Origin: Parasitella parasitica NRRL 2501
Taxonomy: Eukaryota; Fungi; Mucoromycota
Length of the DNA: 64,000 nt
Assembly (NCBI GenBank): GCA_025201805.1
Contig: MU619276.1
Coordinates: 64,558-128,557, forward strand
Direction: 5' to 3'
Part shown: one piece after another, positions 11,368-23,770 of the stretch
Numbering within the stretch: position 1 is the stretch's first letter
Layout of the letters: every line of letters begins with the position of its first letter
The notes under the pieces: model-generated
What the model was told of the DNA's origin: nothing
What the model saw: only the letters and a program-made list of their open reading frames with translations
The model's database searches: none
Translations under genes and position numbers: made by a program

Positions 11368-13038
11368 TTAAGTCTGAAAGATATAAGCGTTTCCAAGCTT
11401 CAAGGTAGTGCAGCTTTTGTATTTTACAGAAATAGTTTGGTCATTTTTTGATTTGGGCGACTTTTCACACGTTTCTTCTAGAATTCCACCGACTATTTTA
11501 TAGCATTCAGTTCCCTTCTGAGAGTTTACCTCGTAGAAGCTACCGTTAACGTAGTAATTGCGATCATCCGACTTGCCAATTGTAATACAAGTGAATTTAT
11601 GATCAGGAAATTCAATATTGGGGAGATCCTGGCTGTATTGAGGGAGGATTGTTAGTCGAGACAGCTCAGGACATGCTTTCGAAATTAACTGCATGTGTTC
11701 ATTTCCGCATTCCACTCGATTTAACACCAAACTTTTTAAGTTTGATGTAATTTTCTTGAGCCCAAGATTCCATAAAAAATTTGAATTTGACTGAAATTTC
11801 CAATGTGTTAGCTCAAGTGTTTCCAAGAGCTTAAAACTTTCCAGAAAAGCGCCAATAGGAAAGTGAGGGAAACGGATATAATTTTTAGCTGCAATTTTCA
11901 AATTCTTGAGCCTTGGAAATTGTCGCAAGCATTCAATAATTGTCATTACTTTGAAATCCATAGCGCCATCATAATATTTATAGTTTATATTCATTGTCAC
12001 CACAGACTTTGACTGGCTAGATTTAAGCAAGTTGTTGATTTGCGTAACGGGATCCTCATTGGGCAATACCGTAATCTTAAATGTTTTCGATTCGACCTCA
12101 CTTGAATTCATTGCTTCCATGATTGCCGGCGTGATTGGGTGTATGCTGATATTGTAAGTCTCCAGATACGCACATTGAGAGACAAATTTAATTAACTGGT
12201 CCTCGCCATACTTCTCATTACGAGGAGAGGAAGATATGATTTTCAGGCTTTTCAAATTCGGGCATTTCATCTGCTCCAACATCTTTTCGTTATAGGCTTT
12301 TACACAATCCACTATCACTAGCTCCTTCAATGCATTGCTAGTTGGATCTAAAGACCGCTGCTCGATCACACCAACAGGTACCAATTCTATATCGATTAAC
12401 CAAAGACTCTCCAGCTGTTGTGCGTTGCAAAATAGCTGATGTAATTGATTCAGCGACATTGCAGCATGTTGCAATTTCAGTGTCTTCAGTTTAGGAGCAT
12501 TCGAAAGTTGCTGAATCAACGAATTGCACTTGTATTCAAATCTCTCGTTTCCCGCAAATACCGTACACAACTCAACTAAGTTGCAAAACCCACCGTATTT
12601 CAATATCTCTGAGGTCAAAGAGTATTTGTTGGCATCTTTAAACCTAGTGATTCTTTGCCAGTGTTCTGCAACCCTTTCGTTGACAATTATCTCAGACTTA
12701 TCAGAATCATCAGTATCGTGTTTACTATTTTTCCAAACAAGTTCTCGGAGATTGGGAAATTTCTCTGGCAGAGCCAGTACGGCCTTAGCTTGAGCAGCGT
12801 CAATCTCAGGGATATGGATGTTCAGACTACGGAATTGGTAAGAAAAAAACTTGCTTTCTTGGACAGCTAGCATGAGTTGTTCTTTTTTTTTAATTTGGAG
12901 ATGTTCATGGAAATTGAAGTCCAAGATCAAGGAATTCCATTTCTTACAAACGCTTATACAGGTTTGTTTTTCCGGTAATGTCAAGTAAGAGAAGATTTCT
13001 TGAAAAATTTCAGTTGAAAAGTCGTTTATATTTTGCAT
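11368..13038 (-). CDS. F-box / leucine-rich-repeat (RNI-like) protein, 556 aa
   Basis: N-terminal F-box (INDFSTEIFQEIFSYLTLPEKQTCISVCKKWNSLI) followed by repeated PNLRELV/PKLKTLKL/CPNLKSLKI/CPELSRLTI LRR units. Intronless. Confidence 0.9.
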   Translation of the reverse strand: MQNINDFSTEIFQEIFSYLTLPEKQTCISVCKKWNSLILDFNFHEHLQIKKKEQLMLAVQESKFFSYQFRSLNIHIPEIDAAQAKAVLALPEKFPNLRELVWKNSKHDTDDSDKSEIIVNERVAEHWQRITRFKDANKYSLTSEILKYGGFCNLVELCTVFAGNERFEYKCNSLIQQLSNAPKLKTLKLQHAAMSLNQLHQLFCNAQQLESLWLIDIELVPVGVIEQRSLDPTSNALKELVIVDCVKAYNEKMLEQMKCPNLKSLKIISSSPRNEKYGEDQLIKFVSQCAYLETYNISIHPITPAIMEAMNSSEVESKTFKITVLPNEDPVTQINNLLKSSQSKSVVTMNINYKYYDGAMDFKVMTIIECLRQFPRLKNLKIAAKNYIRFPHFPIGAFLESFKLLETLELTHWKFQSNSNFLWNLGLKKITSNLKSLVLNRVECGNEHMQLISKACPELSRLTILPQYSQDLPNIEFPDHKFTCITIGKSDDRNYYVNGSFYEVNSQKGTECYKIVGGILEETCEKSPKSKNDQTISVKYKSCTTLKLGNAYIFQT

Positions 13039-14368
13039 ATTGTGATCAAAGTGATGAATTTGATAAATTTAAAGTGATGAATAGCAGTTTTTTTAATAGT
13101 AAATTGACTACGAAACATTGATATATTCTAAAACAAAGGACCAGAGCAGTGCAATAGTGGCATGATCGTCAACACAATAGTGCCATGATCATCACCATTG
13201 ATGTGAGCACAATGAACAGATATCTTACGATTCCAAAAAAAAAACACCACAATGCACAATCACAGTATACCGTGAAATATACCCTTATGTATTACTCTGA
13301 ACAACATCTGTCGTAATTTTGGATGGTTAATTGAGCAACACGAGTATTTCAAACGATGGCCTAGTTAATTTGTGTAGATATAAAAAAAAACAAAAACAAA
13401 AGGGGGAAAATAATTAATATCGTCCATGATCAACTGCCTTTCAAAGAATCAAATAGAATGGTGTTTTGATTTTGATCCTCCAAGTCATTCCTAAGGGCCG
13501 TTGATGAATTTCTCATTTCAGAGCTGAAAATTGAAGAAGGTGCAAGATCTTGGGTTTTATTCCTTTATTCGTTTGTGTTCGACAGAGGCGGATTATTAGG
13601 AACTAACGGCATTGGTATCATAAGTTTTATGAGGCTCACTGTCGTTAGTATGTACCATTTAAATGCCTCAGAAGATCAGCAAGGTTGAAGATAGTGGAAC
13701 CGCAAAGAGCTCTCCAGGAATCAAATTAACGACGGCAGCACCAATAGGTGAAACTAAAGAATCAACACACAAAGAGATCCCTCATGCAGCACCATCTACT
13801 TCATTACCAAACTCGACAGTAGCTTCAAGAGCAATCAACAACAAATAAACACAAAAAAACTTCGTAGTTGTTGCAACGGCCATTAGCTTTGCTAAGGATT
13901 TGGCAATAAAAATGACAGCTAAGATAATAAAGTTATCAAACTGGTAACGAATGATATCTCTACATAATAAAATCGCGGTATACACAAGCTGGAGTATCGA
14001 TTGACTTATCAGTCAATTGGATTTATTTGTCTTCAGGACCTGATTTATTGAAGACTTATAATTAAAACAAGATGGTGCCCATTATACCGTACTAGGAGAA
14101 AAATCACAGAACGCAGGACTTTTCTTGATGATGAAATCAGGAGTGTAGATACCACACATTGCTTTGTAATCGAGTTAGTGGTCATATTATCACTTGCCCA
14201 CATTCATTTAGTGAACGACGCTAATTCGTTATAATGTCCACATTGCACTCCACCTCTCGAAAGTAAGGAGCTATGGAAGGCATTGACAGCAATAGAAGGA
14301 TGAAGTTATATAAGTTTCAAAGACATTTTTCAGAGTTTTTTAAAGTAGCTCCAACCATTAAACATGCC

Positions 14369-14422
<54 letters not shown>

Positions 14423-14814
14423 NNNNNNNNNNAGTTTCGATTTAGTTCTGAAGAATAAAATTACTGCTAGATTCCAACAAAACAGGACATGAATTTCGAT
14501 TTATAAATTAGCCACAAGTACGCCATTTGAAAAGTGAGGGCAGTGACAAGGACAGATTCATTCATTGAACAGACAACCTTCTCTCGTGCATCGAAAGTGG
14601 TAAAATCCCCAAATTACGAACCTAAAATGTTTGCACTTGTTTTTTTTTCCAAAGAATAGGTTGCTATTATTATCATTGCAGCAAATCACAGATGTGATAA
14701 AAAGCGTACGGTGCTATGCAGATCACAGATCCCGAATAAACTAAAGCCGCAATACAGTTACAAATTTTCTGCAATATAAATGTGTGTAATTGCCAAAAAT
14801 TTTCTTTATTGCTA

Positions 14815-15459
14815 CTACGACATGTATTGCGACATTGCAAAGATAGAATAAATGATAGACGATACAATCATTGCCAATGCCATGATGAAATTAGCCTTTC
14901 CCCAAAACGATTCATATTCATTTCTGCTTCCTGCGCAGCAACATGCCCCAATAACCCATAGCGGTGGACAGAACCTACATTTTATCTTACTAAAAACTGG
15001 CAAGAGTTACATAATGCAAACAGAAACTTACCATCCAAACAGGAAAAAGATTGCTGCTAATGGGAACTTTCTTCTTTCGTTAATTTGACGACGTCTTGCC
15101 CGGTGTGTTACGGTCGGTGGAGTCGTGGTAGCAGGAAAGGGTAATTCGATGGTTTGGTATCTAGCTTGCCGTGGTGGTAATGGTTGATAAAATTGCTGGG
15201 TTGCAGCTAATGGAGGAGACGATGGCGGTATTTGAGGATACAATGGCTGACCTTGGTGCTGTTGCTGATGGTGGATATCCGGAGTATGAGCAGGTGAATG
15301 GTGGTGATCGTAGTGGAGGTTGAATGGAGACGGCTGGTATGTTGAACTTGAGCCATTCTGCTGTTGTTGGTAATTGGGATTGAATGGTGGGATTTCTTGA
15401 TACGCAGGCGGAGGGGCAGAATCATCGTCTACATCTGGTGTGTTTTGTGGTTTCCCCAT
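14815..15459 (-). CDS. Small proline-rich membrane protein with PPxY motif (2 exons: 15459-15032, 14974-14815)
   Basis: A GTAAGT...ATGTAG intron joins ...AAIFFLFGW to FCPPLWVIGACCCAG...FIMALAMIVSSIIYSIF. It has an N-terminal APPPAY and a Cys cluster next to the TM helices. Confidence 0.75.
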
Positions 15460-15858
15460 GCTTGTAATCTGCTGGAGAAAAAAGAAAGAAAAGGAAAAGA
15501 AGAAAAAAAGCGCCCAGCCTTTTAAACACTAGTGTTTTACAAAGTGTCCTAGGTCACGCACTTGGAAAAACTGCTTGGCCTTCCATTCTTCTCATGTGAT
15601 GTCATTTGAAAAACTGGTGAAAAGGATCCACTTTGTAATACACCACGAATCATAAAATACGAGAAGATTATCCTATCGTAGTATAGAGATCATCCGTTAT
15701 AATGATGACAGAAAAAGAAAAAAAATAAAAATACAAAAAAGAAATTCTCGAAATCATAATATTTGTACAGATGTCCTTGGAACATAAAAAGGGGGATCAT
15801 CGCACTGAAGAAAAGGATTTTTCTCTTTCTTCCTCTCTTTGCTCAAACATCCAACAAA

Positions 15859-18800
15859 ATGAAATCCAAGCTAGTTTTGCTGGTTTTTCTGATATTTCCG
15901 TTTCTGGCATCAGCGTCTCTACTAGTGCCGATATCAGCAGCACTCTCTCATCATCACAAAACAGTAAGTGTTGCAGTCTTGACTCAACTTGAATCCACAT
16001 GTCTCAACACACATTTCACATTGCCAGTGTTCAGATATAGAATCGCACCAAGACCAATGCGCCTTTGTAACAAGCGCTTGCCACGGATTTAGCGGCGTAT
16101 TTCTCAAATTTTACTATTGCTCTACAATGTGGCGCCCAGTTTCGGTTGCTATGATGGTAAGCAAAGGACCCTGATGCGCTGAAGCTCTCTCACTCTGAAT
16201 GTCTCTCCATGTAGATCTCTGGCCTGTTGCTATTGTTTGGCGCAGTTAGCGTAGTAGCAGCAGATTTCTTTTGTCCCAACCTTCAAACCATTTCCTCAAG
16301 ACTGCAGTTATCCGAGAGCATGGTATGTAATAGCAGCAGCAGCAGCAGCAGCACCTCCCAGACAAATGATGCTTATCTTTTTTATTTTTTATTTTTTATT
16401 TTTATTATAATTTAATAGGCCGGTGTAACTGTACTTGCATTTGGCAACGGCAGCCCGGATCTGTTTAGCACATTCACGTACGCATCTACCACAAACAAAC
16501 GGAAACAGCAGCTAACGGCATTAAATATAGAGCGATGAATAGCGGATCAGGATCATTAGCCATTGGCGAACTCATTGGAGCAGCATTTTTCATTGTATCA
16601 GTCGTTTCGGGGTGTATGGGTATCATTCGTCCATTTAGATCAAAAAGGATCACTTTTATGCGAGACGCATCGTTCCTTACAGGTGCTATCATGATTTTAA
16701 CATGGATCGTATACCACCAACGCATATGCTGGTATCATGGATTGATTTTGATTTGCTATTACATTACCTACGTAATTGTTGTTGTGATGGGCGCCTATCG
16801 ATTTCCAGGGGCAGAGACACCCGCCTTGCCAGAACCAAAATCTGTGATTATGGAGCATTGCAACACAGAGGAACTACTAACGGAAACATCGCGATTGCTG
16901 CAGTCTAGGTCGAGTAAGTTGGAGTATAGCGTTTTACTATGGCATACACAAGTTCATCGCTGACATGAGAGCATTGCTGTATAGATGGCCCTTTACGCTT
17001 GGATATTCCTGCCCATGGATTCCAATCGCAGGAGCATTTGGGACACATAATTCGACCCGTCTCTCCCAACTCATCGCATCTGTCCCGCAGATCGTCGCTA
17101 CACATTGATTCCTACTTTCCTCGCACAACCAGCACAAATGGATCGATATCCTCCAGGCTATACAGACACGCAATGTCACCACGTGTTGGCATCAGAACGT
17201 CTCTGTTTAGTGCAATTGAGGTACTTTTTTTTTTTTATATCTATATATATATATATATATATACATACATCTGTACATAAGGCCAATTGTTAATATAAAC
17301 ATTCTTCAAGTTTCAAGAGCAAGTAGCAAGTATTAAAAGAGCCAACAGCACCCAATTATATCCGCACAAAAGAGACACCTCGTCTATATTAAGACAGAGA
17401 CACACACAAGCATCCGTACCTTGTCTATCTGCTGCTGCTGGTGCAGCTTCTTCTGCTGCAAGGCGACAGGAAGGTGCAGATCATCTCTTGACCACACCTC
17501 ATCCGGTACCAAACGCCAGCAGTCGAACCCCTGAAAGCTCGCATACGAACAATAACAATGACTACTTTACATATATTTCTGCAAGCCAGCACAATAGTCG
17601 CTCACCAAACCTTAATGAAAGCAGCGATACTGATCTGCCTATCCCTGAAATCAGGCTTGCCCCGCCCAACCTGGACCAACAACAGCAGCAACAGCAGCAA
17701 CAGCAGCAACAGCAGCAACAGCAGCAACAGCAGCAACAGCAGCAACAGCAGCAGCTATCGCCACACGCAGATAATGTGAGTATTCATGTGCCTTCAAAGC
17801 AAGACGAATTGAAATTATCTGTGTCCATGTCGATGCTATTGGATGATATCTGCTGCACGCTATTCCCCACATTGCAAGACTGGAGCTCAAAAACAGCCTT
17901 TGCAAGGCTCAGTGCGCTTGTCGCTGTGCCGCTCGTGCTGATATTCACAATAACTTTGCCTGTGGCAGAAGGCGACGAGGTCAAAGTAGACGATGTCGAG
18001 GTTGTGGCAAACGAGCCCCAAGCCAACCAGCATGTCGTTGTGATAACATCATCGTCACCTGGCCAAACCCCCACAGCTTCCAAGAGCTATCTCGCAGTAC
18101 CTACCTCAGAAAGAAGTATATCCGAGCTGAACACCGACGAAGACTTGCCATTGATGCTTGAAGAAGACGAGGGCCAATTGGGCTGGTGCAGATGGCTAGT
18201 CGCCACTCAGGCTATCTGCGCAACTACCTTTGTTACCTGTGTCATGGCATGTAAGTTAAACAACCCAGACTCTCGATGTGCGCACGCATACAAATATACT
18301 TATGATTCTGCAGTGAATGGCTTTGTTCCTGCATTTGGCATTCTGATCGGCTTCGTCATTGGCTGCATGTTATCGGCCCTAGTGCTATACAAAACCAGCG
18401 CAAATGAAGCGCCCAAATGGCAATGGATGCTGTCGTTTGTTGGTTTTGTCATTGCGCTGAATTGGATCTTTTTGTTGGCCAACGAAATGGTTGGTTTGCT
18501 GCAGGCATTAGGCGCTATTTTTGACATTAGTGAAGCTATCATGGGGTTGACTATATTCGCACTGGGCAACAGTGTGGGAGATTTGGTAGCCAACACTGCG
18601 ATTGCAAAGATGGGATTCCCAACCATGGCCATTTCTGCATGCTACGCTGGACCACTGCTAAGTAAGAGATACAAGACGTGCTAACCTATGTAATTAAGCG
18701 GCTACTAACTCTTCTAAAATTTGACGTAGATATGGTGCTGGGTGTTGGCATCTCTTCCACCTATCAAACTTGGGTCACTGGAAAGCCATACGAATTGGAC

Positions 18801-18977
18801 ATTGCACCCACTATTCTCATTTCGTCGGCGGGATTAATCACTGTGTTGCTGAGCACATTGGTCGTTGTCAACATCAATGGGTACCACATAAATAGTGGCT
18901 TGGGATGGTGGATGATTATCGTCTACTCAACTTGTACAGTTGTGAATGTCTTGATTGAATTCCATATATTTCGCTAA
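15859..18977 (+). CDS. Cation/Ca2+ exchanger (CCX/NCLX family, Ecm27-like), multi-exon
   Basis: Signal-like N-terminus, alpha-1 repeat (FFCPNLQTISSRLQLSESM-AGVTVLAFGNGSPDLFS; LAIGELIGAAFFIVSVV) and alpha-2 repeat (IMGLTIFALGNSVGDLVANTAIAKMGFPTMAISACYAGPLL). It has several GT-AG introns. Confidence 0.92.
17677..17754 (+). repeat. (CAG CAG CAA)n coding microsatellite, 26 Gln in the exchanger cytosolic loop
   Basis: Directly visible 9-bp periodic repeat. Confidence 0.95.
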
Positions 18978-21682
18978 GGTAGCAGTGCATAAAATTTGGA
19001 ATTAGATTTTTTTTGTTTTTGTTTTGTTTTGTACAATACCCAAATTGCTGGCAACAACTAAAACAATAAAGAGCACGCTGTCAAATATCCAGGGCAATTA
19101 CAGTTTATATAGCTGAAAATCAGGGGCGTTCATTTCTTCACTCCCGCCTTTTTAATTTCAACCCTTTCATCAAACATTATAAGCCTAAGCTACTTCTCAT
19201 ATTTCTCGCACGGCTTGAAAAGCTTGGTTTAATTTGCGCATGTACATTGTTTGTACGTTTCTGTACAGAATAGTAATCGGAAATGAAAAGAGTGCACATC
19301 ATGTGAATGCAATTCAGTGTAAGTTGACATATTCCAGGCTTCAGCAGACACAATCATAAAGACAACATGGAACAAGAGACCATGTTTATATACATATATA
19401 TATATATATATATGATTGTGTCCAGCAAACCTTTTAAAATCAAATATCAAGCTGGACTCTGATGGCTTGTTGCCTGAGATCATGTAAATCATTGCTAGTG
19501 ACATTCATCACCAATGTGGAAGCAAGACGTTTGCAAAGAGGCTGCGCGCATAAGCTTGCTCTTTATGCCTCACATCTCGTGTCAAAAAAACCTGTGTCTA
19601 GACAAGCAAAACTTTGGAAAGCTGCTTTTTCCTTTTCGACATGAACCAACACACGGTACCACTCATTACGACAACAGGCAGCAATTATCCCGAATATCAG
19701 TCCTCCTACTCAAATCGCTACGTTTATATAAAACTGATTCAACAAAAAAACCAGCGGTAGGTAAACAGAGTTCAGTTCCACAGCGTCTGGTAGAAGGGCA
19801 CATCAATCTCTGTGCGTTGCCAAAATTTAGCATCGCTTGGCCAGGGTGTTTTTTTTTTTTATTATTTTTTTTTTTTATTAATAATGATGATCAAGAATAC
19901 ACATAGTCATTGTTGATGTTTTCTCAAATCAACAACAAACAGCCGCCTGTTGTAAAAGAAACAGATAGTTCAAACATGTCATATGGAAGATGACGATTTT
20001 GGCAACTAATTTGAGTCTTATTGTTAATGATACGAATCTAGAATCTGGTCAAGCCACGCGGTTAACTATCTACGATGAAATAGCGATGAAACGGTGCGTG
20101 TTTTTTTTATTTATCTTTTATTTATATAGGTGATAATATATATACAGCAATCCGCGTGGATCAAAGGACACCATGCCATTCCCAAGATAGTCAAAGCGAT
20201 CGTACCGCGTATGACTAACATCTGCATCAACACCAAAAGAAAAGCAGCAGTGCCTGGTCAAATAGACACACTCCACGTCAGGTCCTTAAAACTACAGATG
20301 TAAATGTGTCTATTCCCTCATATCCAATCGATTTGAACATTGAAGAAGAACATATCCTATGCGTATTTCAAACTCCCCCCATTTGAGCATGACTATAAGG
20401 ATACGCTTTTGAGATATTGGGTTGTTTAAACCATTGTAAGTAATGGGGTTGCTTCTCAAAAAGTGGCTGAAAAATGTTGTGTGGGGAGCATGGCATTGGT
20501 ACCGTGTGGTGATTTGTTTCGGATGGATCACGGTTCCGTGAAAGACGCTGCTAAATTAGGCAAAATTACTTGATTCATTAACCATTGCTGCATGGTATAT
20601 GGTTTGTTTGTTTTTTATATACCTGTTATTTATAACCTAGACTGCACTGCCAGAGGCAATACAGCGTTTATGCTATGATTTCGTCTATAGAATTTTGAGC
20701 TCAACAAAAAAAACAACGCATAATTAAAAGTTTCCGCTGGTTGTCTAATAACTACGGGTTGTTGTACATATATTATATTACACTTTCAGCCCATTGAATA
20801 CGTGACATTCGGTGCTTGCGCTACTTTTATATATCAATGTTGTTTGTGATACTGCCAAAATGGTATACTTTCGAAACAAATTACATGATGACTTCTTTTG
20901 TAACTTGTTATATAAAATTTTGGTGGTGTTGCATGCATCAGCATCCATACGTTTAGAGGATACATGTTGTTACTATTTCAGCTACTGCTTTTGGCGCCAA
21001 ATGCACCTACACATACATCTACGCAGGCATAACTTTTACTGTACATTTGTACATGTATAAAGTGCATCGTTCTGGATTTCATACCGCCATCACATGGTCA
21101 AATAATAACAATGCCCAAATGTAAGATTAGCAACATGCTAATCTGCATGAAATATCAAATAAACTTTTATATTCTTTGCGACAAAAAACAAAGCCTCAAA
21201 ACGTACGATAAATGTTAGTATTAACAATAAATAAAAAAAAAATAGTATAAAATTTAACATGCTGAGTATCGGTATCCAAGCTTGAACTGTAAGCGAAATT
21301 ATGTCCAACATCATGTCATTATCATTTAAAAATCTGCAGTTTTTTCGTGTCGAAATTCGCTTTTCACAACAAAAAACACACATGCACATTTGTTTTGATG
21401 ATCGTTTGTCACTTTTTTCTATTGTTCCTAGAGTACTGATGTCTTTGTTTATTATTACATACAACTCGAAAAGACATACATATATATATATATATATATA
21501 TTTAGATAAAAAAGGGTACTTGGTGTAATTCTATGATACAAGATACTTTGTTGTTGTTGTTTTTTTATTAGTGTTTGTGTGTATGTATGTAAACGTAAGG
21601 AGGGCAATAAGAAGGAGGGGTGGGGTGGGGTGGGGTGGGCGATATATATGTACAGTGCTACCACAAATCCACAGATTCTTTT

Positions 21683-23169
21683 TTAATCAGAATAAGGTGG
21701 AGAAATTGGTAAATCTTGATAACTACATTGTGATCTTCGTTTAAAACGATCGTATTGTCTTTTCAACGAGTTTCTTCTCTGCTCAAAGAAATGTCTGAAA
21801 GGGTCTTGTCCCCCTTCAACCATCTGATGTTGAGTGAAATCAAAGTCTGCAAACTGGTCTTCCAGCTGCATTCGAGACCTTGCTTCTTCAGTGACAGGAC
21901 TGAAGGCACCTAAGCTGGTTCTGACAGGCGAAACTCGCCTGTGTGATTTTAGTCCGTCCTCTTGATACCGCTGTTGCTGCTCTTTGATCAAGTTGCGTAA
22001 TTTATTGTTTTTCTAATATCTGTAGCGTTAGATACGAGGCATACATGTGCAGTTTTTTTTTTTTTTNNNNNNNNNNCGGCTAGGCGGGGTCAGCTGTTTG
22101 TGTTCAAGCAAATCCCAGTCTAAACCGTGGAACCAAGGATGCGATTTGAAGTCTTGGAAATTGCAGCCATATCTATGAAAAGGTGATTTGTCCAGCAACT
22201 ATTGTATATCAATCGTTTTAGTGTCATGTACAAGCGAATGTAAAATTATACGAAAACTTACACCACTTATGACATCAATGCATTCTTTCGATACGCTATC
22301 ATAAACATGATTAGGGAAGACCAACGGCTCATGTATGATGGCCTGAGCCAACGCCTCTTTTGACTGCGCTAGGTATGGCCTCTGTGTGAAATGAAACGAT
22401 AATGTCAGTCGATATACGTTTGTTTCATGTTGTTGTTGTGTATTTACCATGCCAAACAAGAGTTCATAGGTGACAGTACCCAAGCTCCACCAATCTACTG
22501 CTATCGAATACCCTTTGCGAGCCAGCATTTCGGGAGCCATATAGGCCATAGTTCCCGCCATGGACCACACAAAAGGCTGACTAGGCGTAAATTCAATGGC
22601 AATGTTGAAATCGCTCAGATGAGCATATCCCTTTTTGTCAAGCAGGATATTTTCCGGCTTAATATCTCGATGGGCGATGCGCTTTGTGTGTAGATAGTTG
22701 AGCGACAGGGCGACAGAGGCGACAATATGTCTCACTTGTAGTTCGTGAAATGTAAATTGCTGATCCAGCTGAAATCGCAAATCGCCACCCAGCATGAGAT
22801 CAAGTGCCATAAATATAGTTTCATCATCTTGGAAGGCATATCGCAGGTTGGCTATCAGTGGATAATCGATGCGCTCCAGAATATTGCGCTCTAGCACAAT
22901 ATTTCCAATCGCTCTTTGCTTTATACACAGAGATTTATCAATGTATTTGAGGGCGTATTTCTTTTTGGTTCGTTTGTGCTGGACGATGCGGACTTTGCCA
23001 AAGACACCTTTACCAATAATCTTTTGTAGATGAAAATGACCTAGCTCAGGTCCTATGCGGAAGTTGGTGAGTTTTTTTTTTTTTTTTTTTTTTTTTTTCC
23101 TCATCTTTTCTGTGCGTGTTTACCTAGCGAGTAATCTATCTCATCCTGCTTACAGCACAGTGCTCCCAT
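21683..23169 (-). CDS. AGC-group Ser/Thr kinase, YANK/STK32 family
   Basis: First exon MGALCCKQDEIDYSL (ATG at 23169), then GKGVFGKV, YALKYIDK, HRDIKPENILLD, SDFNIA (the DFN variant typical of YANK), GTMAYMAPE and VDWWSLG. An N gap near 22070 obscures one junction. Confidence 0.9.
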
Positions 23170-23770
23170 TATTGTTGTTATTATATATATATAAAAGTAC
23201 AAGAAAATATACAGAAAAAAAAAGTGTAGAAAAAAAAATCAAAAAGAGAGAGAAAAAAAAAGAATGTCGCAATGAGAATGTAGCCTCTTTTTATATCAAG
23301 GACAAATAAACAAGTTGTGCTAATAGTCAAGCAAATACAAGTGTAACGCACTGATACAATTTCTCAAATTGCATATATATAAATGATAATATTCATTGTT
23401 TATACACGCTTTGTTTCAAGACAGTTATTCTTCGACATCATCTTTTTTAGCCATCAGGCTAATTCTTTTATGTAACATTGGTGGGTGATCATCACATGCA
23501 ATTCCACAAACATGCCTTCAACTATACAACATATATTGTTCGTACAGCGTATGCTGAGTATATTGTTGAGGTTTCTGTTCTGCTGGCTGTGACGACCGGG
23601 CTTTTCCATGCTGGGTGCGATATACCTAGATGAAGGTGTGTGTATTTGTGTGATTTTGGGGTACTTTTTTTTTTTTGGTCCCATTTTTTACTTTTTCCAT
23701 TTTCTTCCTCTTCTCTTTCCAAAAAAAAAACATCTTCTTGGCTTGGTGCAATAGCAGTTTTTGTTTCATT

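Noticed and set aside
10833-13038. F-box/LRR gene as a retrocopy with a poly(A) tail at 10833-10860
   Set aside because: I found no target-site duplication and no poly(A) signal next to the run. Homopolymers are everywhere in this assembly, and single-exon F-box/LRR genes are common.
13500-14460. Short ORFs and a possible LINE 3' zinc-knuckle remnant (HCFVIE..GHIITCP)
   Set aside because: Too degenerate. No continuous motif set supports a call.
19200-21600. Stop-riddled frame (MEDDDFGN*FESYC**YESRIW..) and other short ORFs
   Set aside because: This may be old debris, but no family is recognisable. The ORFs are short and compositionally biased.
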